From: the human T2T-CHM13v2.0 reference genome, Homo sapiens
Direction: 5' to 3' (one strand)
Length of the DNA stretch: 64,000 nucleotides
Assembly: GCF_009914755.1 (NCBI RefSeq)
Contig: NC_060944.1
Both the position numbers and the translations under genes were made by a program. This document shows positions 1 to 15,364 of this stretch, piece by piece (positions within the stretch are counted from its first letter, which is position 1; each line of letters starts with the position of its first letter). The notes under the pieces were generated by a model, which saw only the letters and a program-made list of their open reading frames with translations, had not been told where the DNA came from and ran no database searches.

Positions 1-1700
1 TACCTAACAGTGTCTATCTATGAGCAGAAGTTTTCTTAATAACGTCTATTTATGAGCAGAAGTTTCAAGCTTTGATGAAGTCTAATTTATCAGTTTTTCT
101 GAGTCTTGTCAAAGAAAACTTAGTCTATCCCTAAGTCATAAAGATACTATCCTATATTTCTATTGAAAACTGTGTGGTTTGTATATTGTATAAAGTGGCA
201 GTTAAAGTCCTTTTTCTCACGAGAATAACTGGCTATTGCAGCATCCTTAGTTAGAAGACTTTTCTTTCTGTATTGAATTGCTTTGATGATTCTATCAAAA
301 ATTAGTTGGCCAGTGGAGTGTGTTTATGAGCTTTCTGTTCTGTTCCACTAATCATTTGTTGATGGTTATGCCAGTACCACATTGTCTTAATTGCTTTAGC
401 TTTAAAATGAGTCTTGAAATCAGATAGTATAAGTTGACTAACTGTTCTTCTTTATCAAGATTGTTTTATCAAAGTATTCTATGTGCTTGCATTTATATAT
501 AAATAGTAGAGTCATTTTTTTCAGTTTCTGCAAAAGTCTTTCTATTGTGATTATGTTGAATCTATTGGTCGGTTGGGAGAGGATTAACATCTTGACAACA
601 TTATATCTTCGTATCCATAACCACCCATTGATTTGGGTCTTCTTTATTTACTCTCAGCAATGTTTTATAGTTTTCAGTGTAGAGGTCTTGTACATATACT
701 GTTAAATCTAATCCCCAGTATTTTTTGTTTTTGATAATCTGTAAAGGGTTTCTTAAAATTTTACTTCCCAAACATTTGTTGCTAGTATATAAATAATAAA
801 ATTGATTTGTGTATGTTTACCTTGAATCTTACGAGCTCTCTAAATTCACGGATTACTTCTAGTAGTTGTTTCATAGATTTATTAAGATTTTATATGTAAA
901 CAATCATGACACCAGCAAATAAGTACAATTTTACCTCTTCCTATCTGTATGCATTTTTTTTATTTTTGGTTTTTCTCCTTTTGCAATGGCTGCAATCGCA
1001 GTACAATGTTAAATAGAATGGTGAGAGAGGGCATCTTTGCCTTGTTTCCAATCTTAGTGAGAAAGTGTTCAATATTTCACCAATAAGTATGATGTTTGAT
1101 GTATCTTTTTAATAAATAATCTTTATCGATTGAGAAGTTTCTCTTTTATTACTAGATGGTTTTATTGCTAGATTAATGACTAGATTGTTTTTATCAATGG
1201 GATGTTCATTTTCTGTCAAGTCTCTTTTCTCCTTGATGCATGTTTCTTCCTAGTTCTGTTAATGCAGTGGATTATACTGTTGGATTTTTAAGTGTTAAAT
1301 GAACTTTATATTTCTGAGATAATTCTGACATAATAAAAAAGTCAGAATGTGTCATTCTTTTCATATACACTACTGGATTGGGTTTGCTAATATTTTGTTA
1401 AGGGTTTTTGAGGCTCTGTTCATCCAGGACTTTTTGTCAGTAATTCTTTCTATCTTCCTTTAATTTTTTGGAACAAGAGGAAATATCTGTCAGATTTGGG
1501 CATTATAGTTTCATAAATGAGGGTCATGAAATGAATTAGGGAGTGTTTCTTCCTCCTCTCTTTTCTGAAAAGAGTTTGTAAACGATGTTATTTCTTCTTA
1601 AATATTGAGAGAATTCACTTGTGAAAATATTGAGACCTAGAATTTTCTTTGAGGGAAGATGTTTATTAACTTCTTTGACTCCACATTTACTTGGAGAATT
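1..1700 (-). mobile_element. Ancient L1M (L1MB/L1MC/L1ME-type) LINE-1 fragment, ORF2 region, antisense
   Basis: T-rich degraded antisense L1 ORF2 signatures, e.g. 'ttatgccagtaccacattgtcttaattgctttagcttt' (~366-403) and 'agtacaatgttaaatagaatggtgagagagggcatctttgccttgtttccaatctt' (~1000-1056). No intact ORF; boundaries approximate. Confidence 0.8.
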
Positions 1701-2795
1701 TGGTATGTGTTTATTTGTGTGTTGGGGAAGGGGGTTATTTTAAACCCTATTATTCTTTTTTATTCTTTTTTTTTTTCAGCTTTTTATCTAATGGAGCTCT
1801 GCTCTACTGAGGTGGAATCGCTTCCAAATTTTCTTGCCTTATTCTTTAACATTCAAAATCAGCAGAACATATGAAAGTCTACAGTGTCCAGCAGGCCCTG
1901 CTGCTCAGTCTGTCCTTGTCTCTGTCCTCATCACACAACTTTACTTATAGTATCTATTCCTCCCAGGATCCATGTATTAAGGTCACAACTTTCTACCCTG
2001 TCATTTTACAAAACATATGATCTTCAACAAATATATTGAGGATGGCAAGATTTGGCTGCCTTAAAAAGCAACTCACAGACTTGAGAGATGGCCATCCAAT
2101 TTTTTAATTGCTGCAGATGCTATGTCTCTGAGCCAATGCAAAGAGAGGGAGAGGGAAAGAGCGTCTCCACTTTTACGATGGCAGGGCTGCACTGTTTCTG
2201 TGTCTTCATTAGAGAGGTTAATTGGAAATCAAGAGAGGCTGTGTCACGGGCAGCAATAGCTAGCCAGATGCCATTTTAAACTGGAATTTATCCAGCTGAT
2301 TTCTTTGAAAATCTACCATGCTTTGCTCAATAGACACACTGCTGGCTGGCACCAAGGAAATGACTGGTACGTAAGCACACATTCAGCATTTAGTAGTTCA
2401 TTTTTCCCTTCCTTCTGCTCCTTCAGCTGATCATGTCCTCAATTATACTCAGAAATGAGGGATTCCCTTCATGAATCAGTAAGGGTTGAGAGCAATGGCT
2501 AAGAGTTCCGACTGAGTCTTCCTCAACTTATCTGCATTCCTGGTTACTGCAAAGTTTTTATAAGATCCTGGAAATACCAGGCTATTTGAACCCATTCAGT
2601 TATCTCTGGCTCATGCACCTCATCCATCAGCAAATTAAAACTTGGATGTGAGATGTCAGTGAAGGAAAGAGAAGCATGGTCCCTTAACTGCTACAAATAA
2701 TATGCAAGTGAGCTAGCAGAGGTATGTCATAAAAGGGATGAGGGGCAAAAAGGATCTCCCTCTAGGCCTAGGAACATTCTGAATTTGATGCTTTC

Positions 2796-3956
2796 CTGTG
2801 GATTATAATCCCACAAGACACAATGCCAAATGCCATAACCCAAATGTTGAAATCCCTGACATCCACATTTCTAAAGTCTAAAATTCCTAAGGTCTAAAAT
2901 CCCAAAAATCACAAACACAGGATAGTTGCATCAGGTTAGGGAGAACGATTACTCTGTTAGTGTCTTTGTTTGGAAGTTAAGTATGGTTTAAGGAGATGCA
3001 TATGGGTGCCAAGTTGACAAGAGGTGGACTTGTGAATTTAATTTTAGGTGTCACCTTGACTAGATTAAGGAGTCCCTAGAAACCTGATAAAGCATTATTT
3101 TGGGAGTGTCTGTGAGGTTGTTTCCAGATGAGATGAGTGTGAGTCTGAGTGAACTCCGTAGGGAAGATCTGCCCTCAACCTTGTCAGGCACCCTCCAATC
3201 AGCCAGGGCACAGAAGGCGAATCAATTTCTCTCTGAGAGCTGGGGCAGACTCTCTTCTGCTGCTTTGGACATCAGTACTCCAGGCTTGCTGGCCTTTGGA
3301 CTTCAGTTGTTATACCTACAGCCCCGCAGGTAGTGAAGCTTTCGGTTCTTGACTGATAGACCATAAGCTTCTCTGGTTCTCAACATAAAAACATTGAAAT
3401 TTCCTCTGTAGTGTAAGAGATGTTATTTTTGTTCGTTTTCGTTTTTGAAAGCTAAAATTTATTGAGATCTCAGCTCTTTGCAAGACTGCATATGCAGTGG
3501 TGACCCATTGAGGGTTTTGGTCAGTCTCATCAAAATACAGGTTGTCTGACACGATATTTCAAGTGACCACAGTTATAAAGCCGGGTGCAGCCAATTACCA
3601 ACCATGATGATATGCATTCATACATTTCGCTTTTTGACCTATTTCTTTATGAATACATTTGTCTGATCATAACTGTTACACTCCTGTAAATGTTTTTAGT
3701 ATACCTGGGTGTTTATGCTTATAAAAAATGTATGTTATTATTCCCTATTTCATTGTGTAAACTGGCCTAGGAAGTGTTCTGTCATGTTTTTATATGTTTC
3801 TCAGGAAAACCCATTTTAACATGTAAATAAATGTTTTTTAAAGAATATTTTATTATTTTTTCCAGAATCATATTTTCAGGATTTTGATCTTTTGGGATTT
3901 CAACATTTGCAATTACGGCATTAAGATTGTATCTTCCAGGATTAGGATCAGCTTCT
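2796..3956 (+). mobile_element. Ricksha (MuDR-superfamily non-autonomous DNA transposon) carrying a HERVL 3' end plus MLT2B LTR
   Basis: Imperfect TIRs: 'ggattataatcccacaagacacaatgccaaatgccataacccaaatgttgaaatccc' (~2800-2857) and 'gggatttcaacatttgcaattacggcattaagattgtatcttccaggattaggatc' (~3894-3949). Internal ERVL PPT-like 'gacaagaggtggact' is followed by MLT2B-like LTR sequence (~3030-3400). Matches the known Ricksha architecture. Confidence 0.8.
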
Positions 3957-4204
3957 GAATACTTACAGTCTAATGCCAAGGAAGAAAGCTAATGGCCAAA
4001 ATATTTAAATAGCTTAGTCTTTTGATGAACAACTAACTCAGCTATTTGAGTTGCTAATGTCAAAGCAAAGACAAAATTCCCAGGAATAATGTTCCAGAGC
4101 AAACTTGCTCAATTTTTAAATGCGTTTTAACAATGATCATGTATTGACAGAATAGAACAAGGATTTTTTAAAATTGATCTGCAGAAAAAAATGGCTTATC
4201 TATA

Positions 4205-4533
4205 CCTGTCATGTCTAACATGGTAACAACTAGCCACATGGGGCTATTAACCCATGTGAAATGTGGCTAATCCAAATTAATATGTGCTGTAAGTATATAA
4301 CACACACCAGATACAAGTACAAAGACAAAGACATAGTATGAAAAAAGGAACGTATTTTACTAATAATGTCTCTGAGAAGTTGCATGTTAAAATAATCATA
4401 TTTTAGATTTATTGGATTAAAGAAAATGTGTTATTAAAATTAATTTTACCTCTGTTTTTACTTGTTTAATGTGGTTCCTAGAAAATTTTAAATTACATAT
4501 GTGGCTCATAGTAGATTTCTATTAGACAGCTCT
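4205..4533. mobile_element. MER33 (hAT-Charlie DNA transposon)
   Basis: 'ctagccacatggggctatt...gaaatgtggctaatccaaattaatatgtgctgtaagtatataacacacaccagat...ttaaattacatatgtggctc...ttctattagacagc' follows the MER33 consensus; ~330 bp. Confidence 0.8.
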
Positions 4534-4577
4534 AAACAATTAAAATAATGGCATACTGGAAAAAGTTCTTGTGCATG

Positions 4578-4813
4578 TATATTAGTTCACCAGGGCTGCC
4601 ATAGCAAAGTACCACAGATTGACATAAATAATAGAAATGTATTTCTCACAGTTCTGGGGGCTGGAGTCTGAGGTCACGGTGTTGGCAGGGTTGGTTTCTT
4701 CTGAGGCTTCTCTCCTTGGCTTGCAGATGGCCACCTCCTCCCTGTGCCTTCACATGGTCTTCAGCACCTGTCTGCATCTGAATTTCCCATTCCTATAAGG
4801 AGGACATCAGTCA
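4578..4813 (-). mobile_element. MLT1A0-like MaLR solo LTR, left part (split by the L1)
   Basis: Starts 'tatattagttcaccagggctgccatagcaaagtaccacaga'. The consensus resumes at ~10871 after the L1. A 5-bp TSD GCATG at 4573-4577 and 11023-11027 brackets both halves. Confidence 0.85.
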
Positions 4814-5730
4814 GGGGAGGAGCCAAGATGGCTGAATAGGAACAGCTCCGGTCTACAGCTCCCAGCGTGAGCGACGCAGAAGACGGGTGATTTCTGCATT
4901 TCCATCTGAGGTACCGGGTTCATCTCACTAGGGAGTGCCAGACAGTGGGCGCAGGTCAGTGGGTGCGCGCACCGTGCGCGAGCCGAAGCAGGGTGAGGCA
5001 TTGCCTCACTCGGGAAGCGCAAGGGGTCAGGGAGTTCCCTTTCCTAGTCAAAGAAAGGGGTGACGGACGGCACCTGGAAAATCGGGTCACTCCCACCCGA
5101 ATACTGCGCTTTTCCGACGGGCTTAAAAAACGGCGCGCCACGAGATTATATCCCACACCTGGCTCGGAGGGTTCTACGCCCACGGAGTCTCACTGATTGC
5201 TAGCACAGCAGTCTGAGATCAAACTGCAAAGCGGCAGCGAGGCTGGGGGAGGGGCGCCCGCCATTGCCCAGGCTTGCTTAGGTAAGCGAAGCAGCCAGGA
5301 AGCTCGAACTGGGTGGAGCCCACCACAACTCAAGGAGGCCTGCCTGCCTCTGTAGGCTCCACCTCTGGGGGCAGGGCACAGACAAACAAAAAGACAGCAG
5401 TAACCTCTGCAGACTTAAATGTCCCTGTCTGACAGCTTTGAAGAGAGCAGTGGTTCTCCCAGTACGCAGCTGGAGAGCAGCTGGAGATCTGAGAACGGGC
5501 AGACTGCCTCCTCAAATGAGTCCCTGACCCCTGACCCCCGAGCAGCCTAACTGGGAGGCACCCCCCTGCAGGGGCACACTGACACCTCACACGGCAGGGT
5601 ACTCCAACACACCTGCAGCTGAGGGTCCTGTCTGTTAGAAGGAAAACTAACAAACAGAAAGGACATCCACACCAAAAACCCATCTGTACATCACCATCAT
5701 CAAAGACCAAAAGTAGATAAAACCACAAAG
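4814..5730 (+). promoter_or_regulatory. L1 5'UTR: CpG-rich internal sense promoter with YY1 site, and antisense promoter
   Basis: AAGATGGC YY1 core at ~4825-4832; many CpGs retained at 4850-5310. Promoter function is established for L1 5'UTRs; activity of this copy is unknown. Confidence 0.75.
5190..5264 (-). pseudogene. ORF0: L1 ORF0, truncated by nonsense codon 25
   Basis: Minus-strand ATG at 5264 reads MAGAPPPASLPLCSLISDCCASNQ* with TGA at 5192-5190, where the consensus has CGA/Arg. Downstream ORF0-like sequence (PSEPGVGY..VARRFLS) continues in ORF-track entry 4956..5183. Confidence 0.8.
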
Positions 5731-6744
5731 ATGGGGAAAAAACAGAACAGAAAAACTGGAAACTCTAAAAAGCAGAGCGCCTCTCCTCCTCCAAAGGAAC
5801 GCAGTTCCTCACCAGCAATGGAACAAAGCTGGACGGAGAACGACTTTGACGAGCTGAGAGAAGGCTTCAGACGATCAAATTACTCTGAGCTACGGGAGGA
5901 CATTCAAACCAAAGGCAAAGAAGTTGAAAACTTTGAAAAAAATTTAGAAGAATGTATAACTAGAATAACCAATACAGAGAAGTGCTTAAAGGAGCTGATG
6001 GAGCTGAAAACCAAGGCTCGAGAACTACGTGAAGAATGCAGAAGCCTCAGGAGCCGCTGCGATCAACTGGAAGAAAGGGTATCAGCGATGGAAGATGAAA
6101 TGAATGAAATGAAGCAAGAAGGGAAGTTTAGAGAAAAAAGAATAAAAAGAAATGAGCAAAGCCTCCAAGAAATATGGGACTATGTGAAAAGACCAAATCT
6201 ACGTCTGATTGGTGTACCTGAAAGTGACGGGGAGAATGGAACCAAGTTGGAAAACACTCTGCAGGATATTATCCAGGAGAACTTCCCCAATCTAGCAAGG
6301 CAGGCCAACGTTAAGATTCAGGAAATACAGAGAACTCCACAAAGATACTCCTCGAGAAGAGCAACTCCAAGACACATAATTGTCAGATTCACCAAAGTTG
6401 AAATGAAGGAAAAAATGTTAAGGGCAGCCAGAGAGAAAGGTCGGGTTACCCTCAAAGGGAAGCCCATCAGACTAACAGCGGATCTCTCGGCAGAAACCCT
6501 ACAAGCCAGAAGAGAGTGGGGGCCAATATTCAACATTCTTAAAGAAAAGAATTTTCAACCCAGAAATTCATATCCAGCCAAACTAAGCTTCATAAGTGAA
6601 GGAGAAATAAAATACTTTACAGACAAGCAAATGCTGAGAGATTTTGTCACCACCAGGCCTGCCCTAAAAGAGCTCCTGAAGGAAGTGCTAAACATGGAAA
6701 GGAACAACTGGTACCAGCTGCTGCAAAATCATGCCAAAATGTAA
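5731..6744 (+). CDS. ORF1: LINE-1 ORF1p RNA-binding/nucleic-acid chaperone protein, open 337-aa frame
   Basis: MGKKQNRKTGNSK...coiled coil...REKG, ARR and YPAKLS motifs intact...QNHAKM. One Glu is deleted versus the 338-aa consensus (DELREGFRR). Confidence 0.95.
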   Translation: MGKKQNRKTGNSKKQSASPPPKERSSSPAMEQSWTENDFDELREGFRRSNYSELREDIQTKGKEVENFEKNLEECITRITNTEKCLKELMELKTKARELREECRSLRSRCDQLEERVSAMEDEMNEMKQEGKFREKRIKRNEQSLQEIWDYVKRPNLRLIGVPESDGENGTKLENTLQDIIQENFPNLARQANVKIQEIQRTPQRYSSRRATPRHIIVRFTKVEMKEKMLRAAREKGRVTLKGKPIRLTADLSAETLQARREWGPIFNILKEKNFQPRNSYPAKLSFISEGEIKYFTDKQMLRDFVTTRPALKELLKEVLNMERNNWYQLLQNHAKM

Positions 6745-6792
6745 AGACCATCGAGACTAGGAAGAAACTGCATCAACTAACGAGCAAAATAA

Positions 6793-10629
<3,837 letters not shown>

Positions 10630-10870
10630 ACAATGAGATCACATGGACACAGGAAGGGGAACATCACACTCTGGGGACTGTTGTGGGGTGGGGGGAGGGG
10701 GGAGGGATAGCATTGGGAGATATACCTAATGCTAGATGACGAGTTAGTGGGTGCAGCGCACCAGCGTGGCGTATGTATACATATGTAACTAACCTGCACA
10801 ATGTGCACATGTACCCTAAAACTTAAAGTATAATAATAAAAGAAAAAAAAAAAAAGAAGGACATCAGTCA

Positions 10871-11022
10871 TATTGGATGAAGGCCCACAGGAAAGAAAGG
10901 CCTCATTTAATCTTAATTACCTCTTTAAAAATCCTATCTCCAAAAGCGATTACGTTCTGAGGTACTAGGGGTTTAGGGTTGCAAGAACAGGAATTTGGGG
11001 GGATACAAGTCAGCCCATAACA
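10871..11022 (-). mobile_element. MLT1A0-like LTR, right part
   Basis: 'tattggatgaaggccca...cctcatttaatcttaattacctctttaaaaatcctatctccaaa...ttctgaggtactagggg...cagcccataaca', then TSD GCATG. Confidence 0.85.
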
Positions 11023-11392
11023 GCATGACATTGTCCTGGGTTTGGAACTTGTGTTCAGTATTTACTAGCTATATGATCCTCAGAAAGAAATGTCCCTTCT
11101 CTTTACCCAAAATTTATTACCATTAAAACAGGGATAATTTATTATATTTCATGATATGTATGTGGGTATATGTATATAATATTTTATCTTAAGCATTTCG
11201 TCAAGTTATTAGGTATCTCACTATAATATAAATAAGAAGTTTGAGGGCTGCATTTTTCCACTTCTGCCACTATACCAACATGTATTTAACCAATCCACTC
11301 TTAGAGTATATCAAATTGTTTCTAACTTTCTACTAACTTTCTACTCTAACTTTCTACTCTTACTTGTAGTAAGTCACAAGTCAGTTGAGTCA

Positions 11393-11629
11393 GTGTCAGC
11401 AAAGTCATGCTTCCTCCAGAGGTTTAGTGTAGGATCCTGCCTAGGCTCTTCCAGCTTCTGGTGGCTCCTGACATTCCTTGGCTGGTAGCAGTGTCACTCC
11501 AATGCCTGCCTCTGTCTTCACATGGTCTTCTTCCTTGGGTCTCTTTGCATCTTCTCCTTTTCTGTCTCTTAGAAGGACACCTGTGATTGGATTTAGGGCC
11601 CACCCTAATCCAGGATGATCTCACCTCAA
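11393..11629 (-). repeat. ~237-bp local duplicate of the internal part of the MLT1C at 12591-12828
   Basis: Manual alignment gives ~20 differences in ~238 bp (~92%), with shared variants that depart from the remembered consensus. Confidence 0.85.
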
Positions 11630-11630
11630 C

Positions 11631-11983
11631 TGTATTAGTCTATTGTTACGCTGCTGATAAAGACATACCTGAGACTGAGACTGGGTGATTTATAAAGAAA
11701 AAGAGATTTAATGGGCTCACAGTTCCATGTGGCTGAGAAGGCCTCACAATCATGGCAGAAGACAAAAGGCATGTCTTACAAAATGGCAGGCAAGAGACAG
11801 AATGAGCTTGTGCAGGGGAATTTCTCTTCATAATACCATCAGATCTCATGAGGATTATTCACTACCATGAGAATAGCAAGGAAACGCATGTCCACATGAT
11901 TCAATTGCCTCCCACACACGTGGGAATTGTAGGAGCTACAATTCAAAATGAGATTTGGGTGGGGACACAGCCAAACCATAACA
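11631..11983 (-). mobile_element. THE1B/THE1C MaLR solo LTR
   Basis: 'tgtattagtctattgttacgctgctgataaagacatacctgagactg...ggagctacaattcaaaatgagatttgggtggggacacagccaaaccataaca'; TG...CA ends. The flanks TCAAC and GTGCT do not form a TSD. Confidence 0.9.
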
Positions 11984-12482
11984 GTGCTATAATGAATAAG
12001 CTTGAATGTATCTTTATATCATTCATATCTCTGATATTTCCTTAGCAATAAATTCTGAGAAGCAGAATTAACTGGTCAAGGGATATGTATCTTTTAAGAT
12101 TCTTTTACATCTGTTGAGAAATTCAGGAGGTAGACTCCCAACATTAGGAATAAAATTTCATTTTTCCCCATACCATGGCAAGAACTAGGGATTATCTTTT
12201 TTTTAATATATTTGTCTATTTGATGGGTGAAAATGATATCTTTTTACTTAATTTTTATTTTTTTCACCATTTCAACAATTATTTAAATTATTTCAAAAAA
12301 AAAAAGTATTTTAAAACAAGGAGAGCCTTCTGCCCTGCTGACTGGATATTTGAAATGTTCACAGAGCCCTCGGGAGTTTTGGTTCTTCATTCAAACTTTC
12401 AATTCCATAGAGTTTCTCTATCACATCTCAACTGACTTTTGTCATGCTCTCCATATATGTAGTTTTTTAAGATTGCCAACTC

Positions 12483-12943
12483 TATATTAGTTGCCTACAG
12501 CTTCCACAACAACTTACCCCAAAGTTGGTGGCTTAAAACAACAGAATTTTATTCTCTCATAATTCTGGAGGCCAGCAGTCCAAAATCAAGGTGCCAGCAA
12601 AGTTATGCTTCCTCCAAAGGTTCTAGTGTAGGATCCTGCCTTGGCTCTTCCAACTTCTGATGGCTCCTAACATTCCTTGGCTGGTGGCAGCATCATCCCA
12701 ATGTCTGCCTCTGTCTTTACATGACCTTCTTCCTTGGGTCTCTTTGCATCTTCTCCTTTTCTGTCCCTTAGAAGGACACTTGTCATTGGATTTAGGGCCC
12801 ACCCTAATCCAGGATGATCTCACCTCAAGCTCCTTACCTTAATTATAGCTGCAAACATCTCATTTCCAAATAAGGTCACATTCACAGGTTCCAGGGGCTA
12901 GGACTGGACATATCCCTTAGGGAACAGTTTTCAGTCCATTATG
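12483..12943 (-). mobile_element. MLT1C-like MaLR solo LTR
   Basis: 'tatattagttgcctacagc...ggtggcttaaaacaacagaattttattctctc...ggatttagggcccaccctaatccaggatgatctc...ccaaataaggtcacattcacaggttccagggg'. Confidence 0.85.
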
Positions 12944-13704
12944 CCTCCAGAGCCCGGCTCCTTTGAAGTTCCCCATGGAGTCAGTTCACTTCCATTCCAT
13001 TAGCTGAATGGTGAGTGCTACTGCCCCCACTATTTGGTTTCTCTTGACACATGAGAAAGCAAATAGTAATGGCTACAACTAAATAAAGGAATTGTTTGTC
13101 TTGTTTCTATAATGTCATGTGAAGAGTTTCACTTTTTTTTCATATACAATGAACATTTGTTGCAATGCATAGGACAGTCTACTGACTTAGGGTGAGCAGG
13201 GGGGCAGAGAGGAGCAGGTGTCACATGTTGAACACACAATGCCCCCATCAAAAACCTCCGTTAAAAAACTCAGATTCTATGAGGGAAAGAATGACAAAAA
13301 TAAAACGATTTCAATATAAACTGAACATTGATGAGAAATATAAGCCAAACATCCTAGGGCATCTAAGAAAGGAGTGTGCTATTCTGCCTGAGAAAAGCCA
13401 GGAGGGAGGAGACACTGGACGTGGACAAGGAGGGATGATCATTGATCCATCCAGTGGCTCAGGAGGGAAGGGCATTCCAGGCAGAGGGAACAGTGTGTTC
13501 TAGGCATAGACTCAGAAGTGTGCATGGGAAGTTTATTGAGGAGGTGGGATGTCCAACATACCCAGAGTGCAAAGCAGCAGTAGGGCCATACGCAGAGTAT
13601 CCCAATTAGAAAGTCTTATTGAAAGAAAATAAGATAAATTTGTGAATAACACAAAATGAGGTACAGTTCCGAGTCCCCCACCAAAATGCCGATCTCTCCC
13701 TCAG

Positions 13705-14005
13705 TAAAGGCCAGACATAAAAGGGTACTGCATGATTCCATTTAAGTGACGTTTCTAGAACAATCCAAATCTATAGTGATTAAAAAAAAAAAAAAAAGCA
13801 AGTTAGTGCTTGTCTGGGGCAAAGTGTGCAGGGAGGTTGCGTGTAAAGAGACAGGAAGGAGTGGTCCGGGTGACAGAAATGTTCTATGCTTTGATTGCAG
13901 TGATGGTTACCCAAGTATATACATTTGTCAAAACTCACAAACAGTCCCCTTAGGTGTGTGGATTTCATTGTATATTTATACCTCAATAAAGATGATTTTT
14001 AAAAA
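13705..14005 (+). mobile_element. Old L1M (L1MB/L1ME) 3'-end fragment
   Basis: 'tactgcatgattccattt...gaaatgttctatgctttgattgcagtgatggttac...catttgtcaaaactcaca...tatacctcaataaa'. Confidence 0.8.
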
Positions 14006-14149
14006 TGTAGGAGCAAAAGGGAATATTCACTTAGAATGAGAAAAGAAATTACAACTAATTATAAATTTTGTCAATAAAAAGCTGAATAGTACCAGAAACA
14101 TCTCAGCCATTCAGAAAAATAGCCATTTTGTGCATTAATGAACTGCCGA

Positions 14150-14890
14150 CCTACTTTGATAACATTGTTTTTCCTACTTGTTTTGGCTTCATTCTCTTTG
14201 TCTCTTCCCATGTCAGTAGTAGTATAACAAGTTTTATAATATTAATGGTTGATCAGTTTGACTTTTATTACTGATAATTTAGAAAATGTCTCTCCACTTC
14301 CTAACTCTTTGTTCATATCCTTTGTATTTTTTAAGGATTGTCACAAAGTTTGGCAAAACCTCCATGAATTTTTTTCGTATTTGAGCTCTGGAACTTGTAA
14401 GGATTGTCCACAGACTAGCTTCCAGCTCTGTACATTTCAAACTTGGTTTCTCCGCCATACTTTGGGCACCACAGAACACGTTCACGTCGTGAAACAGCCT
14501 CTGGCCCCAAACCTTCACTTGGCAACATTCACACATCACATGTGAGTCGGCACAGTAGGTGGTACCAGTGTCCTTGGAAGCAGATTTCGACACTGGGATG
14601 ATTAGCAATTACTTACCCGTATATGGAAGCGACTGCAAATCACACAGCTATAAGCCCAAACTAAGTGTATCCCCAACTCAGTATCTTCTTAGCCAGATTC
14701 CCAAAGTCCTTGGGACCGCTCTAACAGTACAGAAGAGACAGAGGAATGGTACAAATATCAGAGAAGAAGAGAGAGTGGCCTTAACCTATATCAGTTTAAA
14801 TATCTTATTTTCACAAATTTGGCAGAACCACATGGCCATGGGAATACATTGCTAGGACTGCTAGCAAGGACTCTAAAGCTGAAAAACCTC
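14150..14890. mobile_element. Zaphod/MER115-like hAT-Tip100 fragment
   Basis: 'tatggaagcgactgcaaatcaca...cccaaactaagtgtatccccaactca...ttagccagattccca...tatcttattttcacaaattt...catggccatgggaatacattgctagg' resembles remembered MER115/Zaphod sequence. Boundaries approximate. Confidence 0.55.
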
Positions 14891-15364
14891 AGGGGCTGCT
14901 CAGTGAGGCTGCCTCAGGGCAGTGGCTGCCGTGGGTAGTTTTGGGAAAGTGGTCGGGACCAGATTTGGAGAGCTTTCAGTCAGGTGCTGAAATACAGCCT
15001 TTAACCTCCAGGCAGAGGGGCTTTTCCTTTAACGAAGAGAACAGAATCACTTTGTGTTGGTGGGGGAACTCTGGCAGCCATGGAAAGGGTTGCTTCAGGG
15101 TTTACTGTTTGTTTGTTTTAGTTTCTTCTTTTAACTCACAGCATTTCTTATGCAACCCCCCTCAAAATAAAAATACCTTTTCTATTTAAGTGTCTTTAAA
15201 TTAAGAAAACTGTATTAAATACATTAAAGATAATTTTGAAAAAAGCCCAGAACTCCCCCCTACCGCGGCCAACCAATTTCACCAAGCTAAACTTGTTTAA
15301 GTCACTTAATTATCTAAGTGAACAAAGTGGTTCAGAACATACACTGCAAAGTAAAATTCCTCAC

